Shown: positions 36,970-47,529 of the stretch, in pieces
How positions within the stretch are numbered: position 1 is the first letter of the stretch
Layout: every line of letters begins with the position of its first letter
Assembly (NCBI GenBank): GCA_963675525.2
Contig: CAXXSL010000008.1
Location: 96,001 to 160,000 of the forward strand
DNA length: 64,000 nucleotides
Source of the DNA: Anaerohalosphaeraceae bacterium
GTDB lineage: Bacteria > Planctomycetota > Phycisphaerae > Sedimentisphaerales > Anaerohalosphaeraceae
Reading direction: 5' to 3'
The notes under the pieces: generated by a model
Database searches by the model: none
Told to the model about the DNA's origin: nothing
Seen by the model: the letters and a program-made list of their open reading frames with translations, nothing else
Translations under genes and position numbers: made by a program

Positions 36970-37721
36970 CGGACGGCTCCTTCATCGGGCGTATCGGAAA
37001 AATGATCGCTCATGTAGGACTCATAATCGGCAGGCTCCTCTTGCGAATCGTTTTCTCCCTGCTGATCCGTTTCATCCTGAGCGGATTTCAGCCGGGGAAT
37101 AGTGATAAAAATCGAACGCATCAGCTTACTTTTTTCATCATTCTGAGCCGCCAAAAGCACGATTTCAACCAACTGAGGAAACCGGCCGTTTTCCTCGTTC
37201 CATTCATCCGTCCACTCGGTGCCATTGTAACAGCGAACTTTCATTGCTGTAACAGATTCCGCAACCGGAGCCAGGATGCCTTTGGCCCGAACATCCTCTG
37301 CAACTAAAACTCCCGGGACGACCGGACAATAACGCCGTGTTAAAACAGAGCGATTTGTCTCCAAAGCGCTCTTAATTGTATACTCAACCTCGTACACATC
37401 TCCTTCCGGCTGTATGAGGCGAGCTTTTTTTCGGCTAACGGTATAAAATGTCAGGCACTGAACTGAAATGTCCCCATCCCCATTGAGATACGACAATTCG
37501 AATTTAGCATTTCGAAAATCGCTGTTTCGATAGATATTGTTCAAGTCATTCTTTATGAGACCGCAGGCGTACCGCATTTCATCGCTAAGTTCGGTCAGGT
37601 GCTGATGCGTCTGCCTGCCGGATACAATCCCGCGCATCGCCGCCGCCGCCGTAACCGTTATAAAGGCGCCGATCACAACCGCAATCATTAATTCAATAAA
37701 TGTAAATCCGTTTCGTCTCAT
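36966..37721 (-). CDS. gspJ: Minor pseudopilin GspJ
   Basis: NGFTFIELM N-terminus; W.DEW....FPQLVEI; position. Confidence 0.8.
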   Translation of the reverse strand: MRRNGFTFIELMIAVVIGAFITVTAAAAMRGIVSGRQTHQHLTELSDEMRYACGLIKNDLNNIYRNSDFRNAKFELSYLNGDGDISVQCLTFYTVSRKKARLIQPEGDVYEVEYTIKSALETNRSVLTRRYCPVVPGVLVAEDVRAKGILAPVAESVTAMKVRCYNGTEWTDEWNEENGRFPQLVEIVLLAAQNDEKSKLMRSIFITIPRLKSAQDETDQQGENDSQEEPADYESYMSDHFSDTPDEGAVR

Positions 37722-38104
37722 TCATATCCGCTCAAACGTGTCTGCGCTTTAACCTTTTTATATACCTGCTGTTCACTCCAACCCACCGTCACTGTCACGT
37801 CATAAAGATAACTCAGCGTTGTCTCTGAGATATTAAGCATCCAGACAAATTCAACACCATCGGCCTCAAATGTTCCTTCCGTCCGGCCGCTGAGTATATA
37901 TTTTCGTATACCGATATAATCCACCATCGTTAATTGCCGATCCACCAGATCCCACGCCTGCTCATAAATCATAATCGACCGGGCCGTTCGAAGGGAACGG
38001 ACACTAATTCCGGCCATCACAACAACCGAAAGACTCAACAGCAGCGCCGCGGCGATCGTCTCAACCAGCGTAAATGACTTTTTTTTGCGCTTTCGCTTCA
38101 TCAA
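37718..38104 (-). CDS. Minor pseudopilin GspI-like
   Basis: KSFTLVETIAA; 128 aa; LYDVTVTVGW. Confidence 0.7.
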   Translation of the reverse strand: MMKRKRKKKSFTLVETIAAALLLSLSVVVMAGISVRSLRTARSIMIYEQAWDLVDRQLTMVDYIGIRKYILSGRTEGTFEADGVEFVWMLNISETTLSYLYDVTVTVGWSEQQVYKKVKAQTRLSGYE

Positions 38105-38107
38105 TGG

Positions 38108-38731
38108 TTAATCCACCATATCAAGATCAATAACCTGCATCCCGGCCTCAACCGTATTCATTGAGCCTTCGTAAATCTTTATTCTCGCGTACGCCGACGA
38201 AAAAATGGCTGTCATGCTATGTCTGCCGTTGCCCATCTGGACCACTGCCGAATCACAACATCCGTCCGGATAGAAATTAACACAACTTTCACTATCCAAT
38301 CCGGCTTCGCTTTCTCCCATTGCCGGTTTAATATCCACATGTTCAAATTCAATTCCGTTATCCAGCGTCATCCTTCGGCAATAGGGATTACTGACAACTG
38401 CCTGTTTATTGGTTTGGCTGACGGCATCAAAAACCGGAACAACCACGTAAAGCTGCCTGTGGTCATTATCCAAATACAACCGACACGCCTGCCCGTCTTC
38501 GATGGCTCGCATTCTCGCATATTTGCCCATCAACAAAAGATTCCGGGCAGCAGACTTCAGGGAGGTCTTTTTGTAAGTCCCTACATAGTAGGCACCGGAA
38601 AACCCCGCCAGCAACGCCAAAATAATGATGACCAGCATCAACTCTGCAATGGTAAAACCCCATCGCAGCCGGAAATTACTCGTTGTAAATATCTGCGTTG
38701 TCACCGTCACCGCCTTCTTGCCCGTCAGCAC
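38108..38731 (-). CDS. Minor pseudopilin GspH-like
   Basis: WGFTIAELMLVII, YARMRAI, FYPDG; start may be GTG 38704, overlapping the end of gspG. Confidence 0.75.
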   Translation of the reverse strand: MLTGKKAVTVTTQIFTTSNFRLRWGFTIAELMLVIIILALLAGFSGAYYVGTYKKTSLKSAARNLLLMGKYARMRAIEDGQACRLYLDNDHRQLYVVVPVFDAVSQTNKQAVVSNPYCRRMTLDNGIEFEHVDIKPAMGESEAGLDSESCVNFYPDGCCDSAVVQMGNGRHSMTAIFSSAYARIKIYEGSMNTVEAGMQVIDLDMVD

Positions 38732-39104
38732 CCAAACTGATCAGATCATAACTGCCGACGTTAATTACACCTTCCGGTTCATAGAGATACGGATTATCCC
38801 AGGGATCCTGCAAGTCCGACGGTTTGCAGTACCGACCGCTCCATTTTTCTTCCACATCCGATGGCGCTTCGAGCAGTTCACTTAAATCCGTTGGGTATCG
38901 TTCGCAGTCGACATAAAACTGCTGAATCGCGCCTTCGATAATCCCCATCTTTGCGCGGGCAACTTTCGCCTTGGCTTTTCCGAAACTCTTAAACGTCCGG
39001 GGAACAACAAAAACAGCAATCAAACTCAGAAGAATGATGACCACCATCATTTCGGCAAACGTGAAGCCTTTTTTGTGTTTTCGTGTCATACCGTATTGCT
39101 TCAT
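38676..39104 (-). CDS. gspG: Major pseudopilin GspG
   Basis: KGFTFAEMMVV, RYPT.L..L, DPWDNPYLY, YDLISLGADGQEGG...NADI. Confidence 0.93.
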   Translation of the reverse strand: MKQYGMTRKHKKGFTFAEMMVVIILLSLIAVFVVPRTFKSFGKAKAKVARAKMGIIEGAIQQFYVDCERYPTDLSELLEAPSDVEEKWSGRYCKPSDLQDPWDNPYLYEPEGVINVGSYDLISLGADGQEGGDGDNADIYNE

Positions 39105-39136
39105 TATTTCATTCCTTTCAATCGATGTCTATCTTT

Positions 39137-40375
39137 CTACAGCAGTCCTTCACCCATCGTCATCATCATAATCGGCAGCAGTGTTGCAAGGATGATAAAG
39201 AAAATAACAACAGCCAAAATCAATATCATAACCAACGGGAACAACGCCATCAGCCGTTGTACCGCCGAATCGGCCTGTTCGTCAAAAGTGTCGGCCGCAT
39301 TGAGCAGCATTTCATCCAGCTTGCCTGTATGCTCTCCCACCGAAACAATCTGTACCAGCAAAGGCGGGAAAAGTTTGCTGTCTTTAAGCGGTTCAGCCAG
39401 ATTGTGTCCCGTGCGGACCTTCTCGGCAACATCGTCAATAGACTGACCTAACAGTTCATTATTCAACGTATCCCGAACAACTGCCAGCGATTCGAGAATG
39501 CCAATCCCTCCTTTTGCCAGCGATCCAAGAGTCCGGGCGAAACGCCCCACGGAAATACTGCGAATCACTCCGCCCATAACCGGAAAATGCAGTACAAACG
39601 AATCCCACCGAAGGCGACCCTGTTCACTCTTTTTCCACTTCTTAAAAAACAACCCGCCGCCAATCACCACCGCCAGTAAAAATAACCCATACACCCTGAG
39701 AAAATGGCTCATCCCCATCAGCATTCGGGTCGGCAAGGGCATCACGATGTCATTGCCTAGCGCATCAAAAACACGTGGTAAAATAAACGTCACAATCACA
39801 ACAACCGAAAGAAGACCAACAACCAGAACCGCCACTGGATAGACGGAAGCGTTCTTCATATTGGTCTTGATCTTTTCCTCACGGGACAAAAGCTCCGTCA
39901 ACTGTTGCATGGTTTGTTCCAGAATTCCCGCTGCTTCTCCGGCCCGAATCATCGATACATAAAGCCGGCTGAAAACGTCATGACGTTTTCCCATCGCATC
40001 GCTCAGCGAATCCCCTGAACTGACTTCCTCTGCAATCTCATCCAAAAGATCTTTCAGTTTGGGCTTGCTTTGCTGTGCGGCAATAATTTTTAATGCCTCA
40101 AGTAATGGTAGTCCTGCCCGCAATGCGGCACTAAGCTGACTCGTAATCGCAAGAATATCCTTACTATGAATTCGCCCCGGCGACAGAATTTGTGATTTTC
40201 GTGTCCTCTGTACAGCATGGATCTTTCCGAGGAATCCTTTTGCCTCTGTGATATCGACCACAAATCGTCCCTGACGCGTAAGCAACCCGATCGCAGCTCT
40301 GCGGTTTGCCGCTTCGATAACACCGCCTACAGCCTTGCCCTCTGTGTCCACTGCCTTATATGAATATTCCGCCAC
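39137..40375 (-). CDS. gspF: T2SS inner-membrane protein GspF
   Basis: YSYKAVD..G, AGLPLLEAL, MIRAGEAAGIL, YP, VGEHTGKLDEML. Confidence 0.92.
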   Translation of the reverse strand: MAEYSYKAVDTEGKAVGGVIEAANRRAAIGLLTRQGRFVVDITEAKGFLGKIHAVQRTRKSQILSPGRIHSKDILAITSQLSAALRAGLPLLEALKIIAAQQSKPKLKDLLDEIAEEVSSGDSLSDAMGKRHDVFSRLYVSMIRAGEAAGILEQTMQQLTELLSREEKIKTNMKNASVYPVAVLVVGLLSVVVIVTFILPRVFDALGNDIVMPLPTRMLMGMSHFLRVYGLFLLAVVIGGGLFFKKWKKSEQGRLRWDSFVLHFPVMGGVIRSISVGRFARTLGSLAKGGIGILESLAVVRDTLNNELLGQSIDDVAEKVRTGHNLAEPLKDSKLFPPLLVQIVSVGEHTGKLDEMLLNAADTFDEQADSAVQRLMALFPLVMILILAVVIFFIILATLLPIMMMTMGEGLL

Positions 40376-40418
40376 TTCCTTTGACCTTATGCTTAAATCT
40401 ATTCTTTACAGACCCGGC

Positions 40419-42188
40419 TTAATCTTCATTGGCCTGCGTTGCCCTGAAAACCTCTTCCGGTGTCGTCACCCCCGCTACTATCTTTTCGATGCCGTCATGC
40501 CGCATATCAACATGGTCCTCGGCCGCGGTTGCAACAAGTTCATCACTGGAGGGACTTTTTCCGATCAACTTTCGAATCGAATCAGTAACACGCAGCAATT
40601 CAAATATCCCGATTCGCCCGCGCATTCCTGTTCCGTTGCATTCGGTACATCCCTTGCCATAATAAATCTTATCCGGGTCAATCTGGACGGAATTATTCAG
40701 GCTTGCCAATATCCGTTCATCGCAGGGACGTCTGACACGGCAATACGGACACACCCGTCGGACGAGACGCTGAGCCAGGACATTTTCAATCGAACTGGCA
40801 AGCAGAAATGGCTCGATACCCATGTCAATCAAACGCGTAATCGCTCCGGCCGCGTCATTGGTATGCAATGTGGAAAAAACAAGGTGTCCGGTCAATGCTG
40901 CACGAATCGCAATGTCAGCCGTTTCCCTGTCACGGATTTCACCCACCATGACAATATCCGGGTCTTGACGGAGAATATGTCGCAAGCCGCGGGCGAATGT
41001 CAGGCCCCGCCGGGGATTTACCGGCATTTGAATAATGCCGTTGAGTTGATATTCGACCGGGTCTTCAATGGTAATGATCTTAACGCTGGGGCTGTATATA
41101 GAGTTCAGCGCCGCATAGAGAGTCGTTGTTTTACCGCTGCCGGTCGGTCCGGTTACCAGCACAATGCCATGCGATTTTCTTAAAGACAACCTGAAATTAC
41201 TTAACATCTGTCGATTCATCCCTAACTCATCCAGCCCTATCAAGGCTGCACTGCGATCAAGGATACGCATGGTTACGGCTTCACCAAAAATAGTCGGTAC
41301 CGTCGATACACGAATATCAATCTTACCGCGTGTCCCCGAAAACTCAATGTGTCCATCCTGAGGGATAAACCGTTCAGCGATATTCATTCCAGCCATAATC
41401 TTGATACGCGAGATAATCGCCGCTTGTAGTTTTTTGGGACTTGGGGATTTTTCAGTCAGCATCCCATCAATACGATATTTGATCTTAACTTCTTCTTCGA
41501 AGGGTTCGACATGAATATCGCTGGCACGTTCCTCAATCGCCTCAAGTAGTATCAAATTGACAAGATTGACAAGCGACGGCTCCCTCGCAAGTTCCTGAAG
41601 GCGGGCTGCCGTCAATTCTCCTTCGATGTCAATTTTTGTCTCGGCGTCATCCTGTACAAGATCATCCAGCATTCTGGCCACATTACTGCCGTAATACTTC
41701 AAAATGGCCTCTTCCAATTCGTCAGTCCGGGCATAATACCGTCGAATCCTCAAAGGACAAACAACACGTATCTCCTCCATCGCTCGAACATTAAACGGAT
41801 CATTAATGGCAATCGAGATGTGGTTGGCATTGATCTCAAAGGGAAAGATTTTGTGCTTACTGACAAGTTCGGCGGGAATTTTAGAAATCACATCCTGCGT
41901 GACATTACGATTGGATAACTCAACGGTCTCGATGCCTGCCTGCTTGCTTAACGCTTCATTGATCTGCCATCCTCTGGCAAAACCCAGATCAATGAGCGTC
42001 TCACCAATCCGCCCCTGGCGGAGTTTTTGATGCGAAAGTGCCTGCTCAAGCTGCAATTCACTAATATAGGAATTGCCGACAAGCAGTTCTCCGAGTTTTT
42101 TCCCCACTACAGCCTTCAAATCCCTATTTCCTTCCATATAAGGTCTGCTACAACAACAATGCTGCGATACTACATAGAAAGCGCTCAT
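40419..42188 (-). CDS. gspE: T2SS ATPase GspE
   Basis: ASDIHVEP, Walker A GPTGSGKTTT, TIEDPVEY, LRQDPDIVMVGEIRD, TGHLVFSTLHTN, CxxC...CxxC; likely start Met 42137. Confidence 0.95.
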   Translation of the reverse strand: MSAFYVVSQHCCCSRPYMEGNRDLKAVVGKKLGELLVGNSYISELQLEQALSHQKLRQGRIGETLIDLGFARGWQINEALSKQAGIETVELSNRNVTQDVISKIPAELVSKHKIFPFEINANHISIAINDPFNVRAMEEIRVVCPLRIRRYYARTDELEEAILKYYGSNVARMLDDLVQDDAETKIDIEGELTAARLQELAREPSLVNLVNLILLEAIEERASDIHVEPFEEEVKIKYRIDGMLTEKSPSPKKLQAAIISRIKIMAGMNIAERFIPQDGHIEFSGTRGKIDIRVSTVPTIFGEAVTMRILDRSAALIGLDELGMNRQMLSNFRLSLRKSHGIVLVTGPTGSGKTTTLYAALNSIYSPSVKIITIEDPVEYQLNGIIQMPVNPRRGLTFARGLRHILRQDPDIVMVGEIRDRETADIAIRAALTGHLVFSTLHTNDAAGAITRLIDMGIEPFLLASSIENVLAQRLVRRVCPYCRVRRPCDERILASLNNSVQIDPDKIYYGKGCTECNGTGMRGRIGIFELLRVTDSIRKLIGKSPSSDELVATAAEDHVDMRHDGIEKIVAGVTTPEEVFRATQANED

Positions 42189-42494
42189 TGAACAACAAAA
42201 AAATGAAACATCACCTTTTATAGACGCGCAGAAAGCATTTTTGTTTCAAAATTTTTGTTTTTAGTTTAGATTTCCCTGAAGATATACAATTCGCCAACAG
42301 GTGGTGTGCTATTAGTATGGAAGACTTTGTTGAAGACAAGGTATCAAAAATCTTCTATGATGAAATGATTGATATTTGTAAAATAATAGGCATAATATGA
42401 ACTTTCTGAGGTTTATTGACGTAAACTTAGGATATTTTCCACTGAACAGTTATGGTTAATTTCTATTCATAGGAACAGCGGAGGTGTTTTTATT

Positions 42495-43484
42495 ATGACA
42501 GCGGATATCAAGCAGATTGGAAAGGTTGTGGAGGAAAAAAGTTCGTTTATTCGGTTGTTATTGAACGAATTTGACAAGGTTATCATTGGCCAGCGGTATA
42601 TGCTCGAACGCATGCTGGTGGCGATCCTGTCCAATGGGCACATTCTGATTGAAGGTGTTCCGGGTCTGGCTAAGACCACGGCGGTTACGGTGCTTGCACA
42701 GGCGATTTCAGCCCGTTTCCAGCGTATTCAGTTTACCCCCGACCTCTTGCCCGCTGACCTGACGGGGACGCAGATCTACCGTCAATCTGATGGCGAGTTT
42801 TATGTCCGAAAGGGACCGATTTTTGCCAATATTATCCTGGCTGACGAAATCAACCGTGCTCCGGCGAAGGTTCAAAGTGCCCTGCTGGAGGCGATGCAGG
42901 AACGACAGGTAACCATTGGCGATGAGACATTCGCGATTCCGCAGCCGTTTTTGGTGCTAGCGACTCAAAATCCGATCGAGCAGGAGGGAACCTATCCTCT
43001 GCCGGAAGCTCAACTGGACCGTTTTATGCTGAAAATCCAGATCGATTATCCAGCCAAAGATGAGGAACGTAAAATTCTGGACCGCATGGCTTCGACAAAA
43101 ACGGCATTTGACATCCAGAAAGTGATTACTCCGGAAGAAATTCTGGATGTCCGCTCGGTCATCGATGACATTTACATTGATGACAAAATTAAGGATTATA
43201 TTGTCGATATTGTGTGTGCAACACGCAAACCGGAGCAATACGGGCTTCAGTTGAAAGATTATATCAATTACGGTGCCTCGCCGAGGGCTTCCATCTTTTT
43301 AGCGCTTGGGGCCAAGGCGATGGCGTTTATCAATAGCCGGGGATATGTGACACCGCAGGATGTCAAATCCATCGGAATGGACGTGCTGCGGCATCGAGTG
43401 CTGGTTAGCTATGAGGCCGAGGCCGAAGATAAAACCAGTGAGGATGTCATCCAGACCATTTTTGACAACATCGAAGTGCCTTAA
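42495..43484 (+). CDS. moxR: MoxR-family AAA+ ATPase
   Basis: EGVPGLAKT, RIQFTPDLLPADL, LADEINRAPAKVQSALLEAM, ATQNPIEQEGTYPLPEAQLDRF. Confidence 0.95.
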   Translation: MTADIKQIGKVVEEKSSFIRLLLNEFDKVIIGQRYMLERMLVAILSNGHILIEGVPGLAKTTAVTVLAQAISARFQRIQFTPDLLPADLTGTQIYRQSDGEFYVRKGPIFANIILADEINRAPAKVQSALLEAMQERQVTIGDETFAIPQPFLVLATQNPIEQEGTYPLPEAQLDRFMLKIQIDYPAKDEERKILDRMASTKTAFDIQKVITPEEILDVRSVIDDIYIDDKIKDYIVDIVCATRKPEQYGLQLKDYINYGASPRASIFLALGAKAMAFINSRGYVTPQDVKSIGMDVLRHRVLVSYEAEAEDKTSEDVIQTIFDNIEVP

Positions 43485-43510
43485 TCAACGCAACTGCTGA
43501 GGAACGTACC

Positions 43511-44386
43511 ATGTTGTCGCCTGAACTCGTCAAAAAGATTAAGCAGATTCAGATTTACACATCCCGGATGGTCAATGCCAGTTTTGCCGGGCAGTATGAA
43601 AGTGTCTTCAAAGGTCGCGGGATGCAGTTTGAGGAGGTGCGTGAATATACCCCCGGCGATGATGTGCGAACCATCGACTGGAATGTGACTGCCCGTGCCG
43701 GCAAGCCGTATATCAAGCGGTTTGTCGAAGAACGTGAGATGACGCTGATGCTGTTAGTGGATATGAGCGCCTCCGGTGCATTTGGGACCCGCGAAAAACT
43801 CAAGAACGAACTGGCGGCGGAGTTTTGCGCGGTGCTGGCGTTTGCCGCCATCCGCAATAACGACAAAGTCGGATTGATTATCTTTACCGATCAGGTGGAG
43901 TTGTACATTCCTCCGAAAAAAGGGACCAGTCATGTCCTACGTCTGATTCGGGAATTGTTGGGTTATAAGATCGCCGATAAAAAAACCAATATCCCGCTGG
44001 CACTGGATTATCTTGCCAAGGTGATTCGCAAGCGCGCGACGGTATTTCTCGTTTCAGATTTTATCGCCGATGGATTTTCCCGATCATTATCGTTGGTGAA
44101 TAAACGCCATGATGTGATCGCGGTTAGCGTTCAGGATCCAGCGGAAATCAATCTGCCCCGTGTGGGACTGGTTGAGTTTAAAGACGCTGAAACCGGACAT
44201 ACGCAAGTGATTGATTCATCGAGCAGGGTTTTTCGCAGGATGTATGAACGAGAAAATCTCCGCCGGGCCGATCTGCTTGCCCAACTATTTCGTTCGATCA
44301 GCGTGGATCGTATTTCGATTGAAACGAATAAGCCGTATATTCACGATTTGGTCAAGTTTTTCCACATGAGACATCGGAGAACATAG
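43511..44386 (+). CDS. DUF58 protein (MoxR-associated, vWA-like)
   Basis: GRGMQFEEVREYTPGDDVRTIDWNVTAR, LLVDMSAS. Confidence 0.93.
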   Translation: MLSPELVKKIKQIQIYTSRMVNASFAGQYESVFKGRGMQFEEVREYTPGDDVRTIDWNVTARAGKPYIKRFVEEREMTLMLLVDMSASGAFGTREKLKNELAAEFCAVLAFAAIRNNDKVGLIIFTDQVELYIPPKKGTSHVLRLIRELLGYKIADKKTNIPLALDYLAKVIRKRATVFLVSDFIADGFSRSLSLVNKRHDVIAVSVQDPAEINLPRVGLVEFKDAETGHTQVIDSSSRVFRRMYERENLRRADLLAQLFRSISVDRISIETNKPYIHDLVKFFHMRHRRT

Positions 44387-44394
44387 GTTTTGAT

Positions 44395-45453
44395 ATGATG
44401 TATCGTCAGAATGGCCAACAACGAATCAGCTTCTTCTGCATTATGCTTTGCGGGGTGCTCTGTCTTTTCGGCTGTAAAGAAAAGCCGAATGCCGATTCCC
44501 AGCAGCCGATCAACTATGCGGTTGAAAAACCGTTTTACAAGGGGCCGTTGCGTGTCCAAGTGTATCTCAGTGATGCAAATATCAAGCTTTCCGAATTACT
44601 TGAAATGAAATTGTCCGCAACCATTGATTCCGATTACACGATTCAGTTTCCGGCGGTGGCCGAAACGCTTAAGCAATTCAGAATTCGCAACTGGAAGGAA
44701 TTACCGGAAACATGGTCAGATGGCGGCAAAATTGCAAAAATGTACCAATACCAGCTTGAGCCGCTTGAACTGGGGATGTGTGAGATTCCCGCTTTTACAT
44801 TTACCTTTGAACGCAAAGAAGGGATGGAAGATAAATCGACAGGAACATTGGAAACAGAGCCGGTGTGGATTGACGTGTCTACGTCGCTTTCCGCTGATCC
44901 CAATGCGATAGTGATTGCCGATATTGAAGGCGTTGTTGAGATGAAAGCCGATTATGCCCGGCTCTGGATTTGTCTGGGAGTGGTTTGCCTGTTGGTAGCA
45001 GGTGTTGCGATTGGTATGGCCGTCAGACCTAAAAAGCCGGTTCAGATACGAAGAACATACAAGGCCGCTCACGAGATTGCGTTTGACGTCTTAAAGGCGA
45101 TTGCCGGAGAAAAACTGGTCGAACAGGGGCGAGTTAAGGAGTTTTATGCGAAGTTGAGTGCCTGTCTGCGGCAGTATATTGAAAATCGCTTTCAGTTGCG
45201 TGCTCCAGAACAAACGACCGAGGAGTTCTTGGAGCAATTAAAGACATCCGACGCGTTAAAACTGGAACACAAGCAGGAGTTGCAAAAGTTTCTGGAACAC
45301 TGCGATCTCGTTAAGTTCGCCCGCTATCAGCCCAGTGACGAGCAGATCAACGAGTCATTGACGATGGCGGAGGGATTTGTTGAAAAAACTAAATCGCCGG
45401 AGCACCTTGTGGATGTTACCGCGGCTTCGCAGGCAGAAAGGCAGGTTTCGTAG
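44395..45453 (+). CDS. Bat-operon membrane/lipoprotein
   Basis: Lipobox-like LFGC, TM helix, LRQYIENRF...EQTTEEFL...DLVKFA. Confidence 0.75.
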   Translation: MMYRQNGQQRISFFCIMLCGVLCLFGCKEKPNADSQQPINYAVEKPFYKGPLRVQVYLSDANIKLSELLEMKLSATIDSDYTIQFPAVAETLKQFRIRNWKELPETWSDGGKIAKMYQYQLEPLELGMCEIPAFTFTFERKEGMEDKSTGTLETEPVWIDVSTSLSADPNAIVIADIEGVVEMKADYARLWICLGVVCLLVAGVAIGMAVRPKKPVQIRRTYKAAHEIAFDVLKAIAGEKLVEQGRVKEFYAKLSACLRQYIENRFQLRAPEQTTEEFLEQLKTSDALKLEHKQELQKFLEHCDLVKFARYQPSDEQINESLTMAEGFVEKTKSPEHLVDVTAASQAERQVS

Positions 45454-46509
45454 ATGCTGCACTCACCCTGGGCATTACTATTACTGCTGCTTGTGCCGCT
45501 TTTGATTGTGGTTCGCTGGAAACGTCCCGGCAACGCTGCGGTCAAATTTTCAAGTCTGGCAAAATTTCAGCCGTGTCCGGTGTGCTGGCGTCAACGGTTT
45601 CGTCCTGTCTTATTGATTGCACGTCTGCTGTGCATCATTTTGTTGATTGTTGCTCTGGCCCGACCGCGAAAAGGGATGAAAATTGAGCAAATCTCCACAG
45701 AAGGCGTAGCCATGATGATCGTCGTTGACCGTTCCGGCAGTATGGGTGAGCCTATGACATACAAGGGGCAAAAGCTCAACCGGTTGGAAGTGGTCAAAAA
45801 AGTCGTGGCTGATTTTATTGCCGGTGATGGAAAGGATTACAAGGGGCGAACTGGCGATATGGTCGGATTGGTGACCTACGCACGGTATGCTGATACGCAG
45901 TGTCCTTTGGTCCGAGGCAATACAATTATCACCGATTTTCTCAAAGAAACACAGCTTGTGAATCAGCGATCCGAGGATGGTACAGCGATTGGTGACGGGA
46001 TTACGGTTGCGGCGGCTCGGCTCAAAAAAGCGGAAAGTCAGATTCTGAAAGATCAGGCGAGAATGATGTCGGGGGAGAAAAAAGAGGACCCCGACTTTAC
46101 GATCAAAAGCAAAGTCATTATTTTGCTGACCGACGGCATGAACAATGCCGGCCAATACGACCCGCTTGAAGCGGCAAAACTGGCTGCCCAATGGGGGATT
46201 AAGATTTATACAATCGGCATTGGATCCGAAACACAGCAGCGCGGTTTTTTTTCAATGATGGGGCCATCGCTGGATGAACGCCTGCTCAGTCAGATCGCCA
46301 ATTTGACGGGCGGATTTTACGCACGGGCGGATAATGCCGAGAAGTTGCGTGAGATTTACAAGAAAATCGACGAACTTGAAAAGACGGATGTCAAAAGTAT
46401 TGAATATGTGGACTATGCTGAACAGTTCAGTCCCTGGGCGATGGCGGCCTTGGGACTGTTATTATTCGAGATGCTAACGGCTTCGACTATTTTCAGAAAG
46501 ATACCTTAA
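45454..46509 (+). CDS. batA: BatA-like vWA protein
   Basis: ALARP, MIDAS DRSGSM, GTAIGDG, ILLTDG.NNAG, IYTIGIG. Confidence 0.88.
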   Translation: MLHSPWALLLLLLVPLLIVVRWKRPGNAAVKFSSLAKFQPCPVCWRQRFRPVLLIARLLCIILLIVALARPRKGMKIEQISTEGVAMMIVVDRSGSMGEPMTYKGQKLNRLEVVKKVVADFIAGDGKDYKGRTGDMVGLVTYARYADTQCPLVRGNTIITDFLKETQLVNQRSEDGTAIGDGITVAAARLKKAESQILKDQARMMSGEKKEDPDFTIKSKVIILLTDGMNNAGQYDPLEAAKLAAQWGIKIYTIGIGSETQQRGFFSMMGPSLDERLLSQIANLTGGFYARADNAEKLREIYKKIDELEKTDVKSIEYVDYAEQFSPWAMAALGLLLFEMLTASTIFRKIP

Positions 46510-46521
46510 GGATAGTAACGG

Positions 46522-47529
46522 ATGCAGTTTAAACAATACGATGCATTTTATATTCTATTTTTACTGGTGTTCCCGGTGATACCCGTTTATGTGTGGTGCT
46601 TCTGGCGAAAGCGAAAGATGTTGAACACACTGGCACAGACGGACCTGCTCAAGGCGATCAATCCTTCCGTCAGCACATCAAGGCAGGTTTTTAAAGCCGT
46701 GCTGTTGATGACCGCTTTCGTTGCAATTATATTTGCGTTGACCCGTCCGGCCTGGAATCCTACACCGCGAGAAGTCAAACACAAGGGAAGAGATATCGTG
46801 ATTCTGCTGGATACCTCCCGTTCGATGCTCGCTGAAGATATCAAACCGAACCGACTTGAGCGGGCAAAAATTGCGATAAAGGATTTGATGGAAACAATTC
46901 GCGGTGACCGGATCGGGATCATTACCTTTGCCGGCAGCGCTTCGGTGAAGTGCCCCCTGACGCAGGATTATGCTTTCGCACGCATGGCGCTGGATCAGAT
47001 CAGCACCGAAAGCACCCCCCGAGGCGGCACCAATGTCGGCGATGCGATTCGAAAAGCCGTCAATGACGTGTTTGACCAGCAGGTGAAAGAATATAAGGAT
47101 ATTATTTTAATTACGGATTGCGACGATCAGGAAGAAAGTTTTCCGGTTGAGGCCGCCGAATCTGCCGGTCAACAGGGGATTCGGATCATCGCCGTCGGTT
47201 TGGGCAATCCGGACGAAGGGGCCCGGATTCCGATTACTGATTCCAATGGCACCAAGACATTCCTGAAATATCAGGGGCAGGAGGTCTGGACAAAGCTGGA
47301 CGAACAGACGCTGCGTCAGATTGCGGCAGCAACTCCGGCAGGAGCGTATATCCCTGTGCAGACCGGGACGTTTGATCTGGGACAAATTTATAATGACTTA
47401 GTTGCCTCTGCCCAGAGAAGAGAGCTTGAATCGACAACCGTTCTGCAATATGATGAAAAATTTCAGATATTTCTGGCTCTGGCATTAATCTTGATTGTGA
47501 CTGAGGAGTTTATCAGTGAACGTAAATAA
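46522..47529 (+). CDS. batB: BatB-like vWA protein
   Basis: LLDTSRSMLAEDIKPNRLERAK, PLTQDY, GGTNVGDAI. Confidence 0.88.
   Translation: MQFKQYDAFYILFLLVFPVIPVYVWCFWRKRKMLNTLAQTDLLKAINPSVSTSRQVFKAVLLMTAFVAIIFALTRPAWNPTPREVKHKGRDIVILLDTSRSMLAEDIKPNRLERAKIAIKDLMETIRGDRIGIITFAGSASVKCPLTQDYAFARMALDQISTESTPRGGTNVGDAIRKAVNDVFDQQVKEYKDIILITDCDDQEESFPVEAAESAGQQGIRIIAVGLGNPDEGARIPITDSNGTKTFLKYQGQEVWTKLDEQTLRQIAAATPAGAYIPVQTGTFDLGQIYNDLVASAQRRELESTTVLQYDEKFQIFLALALILIVTEEFISERK

Noticed and set aside
40335..41183. 282-aa plus-strand ORF
   Set aside because: Antisense shadow of conserved gspE
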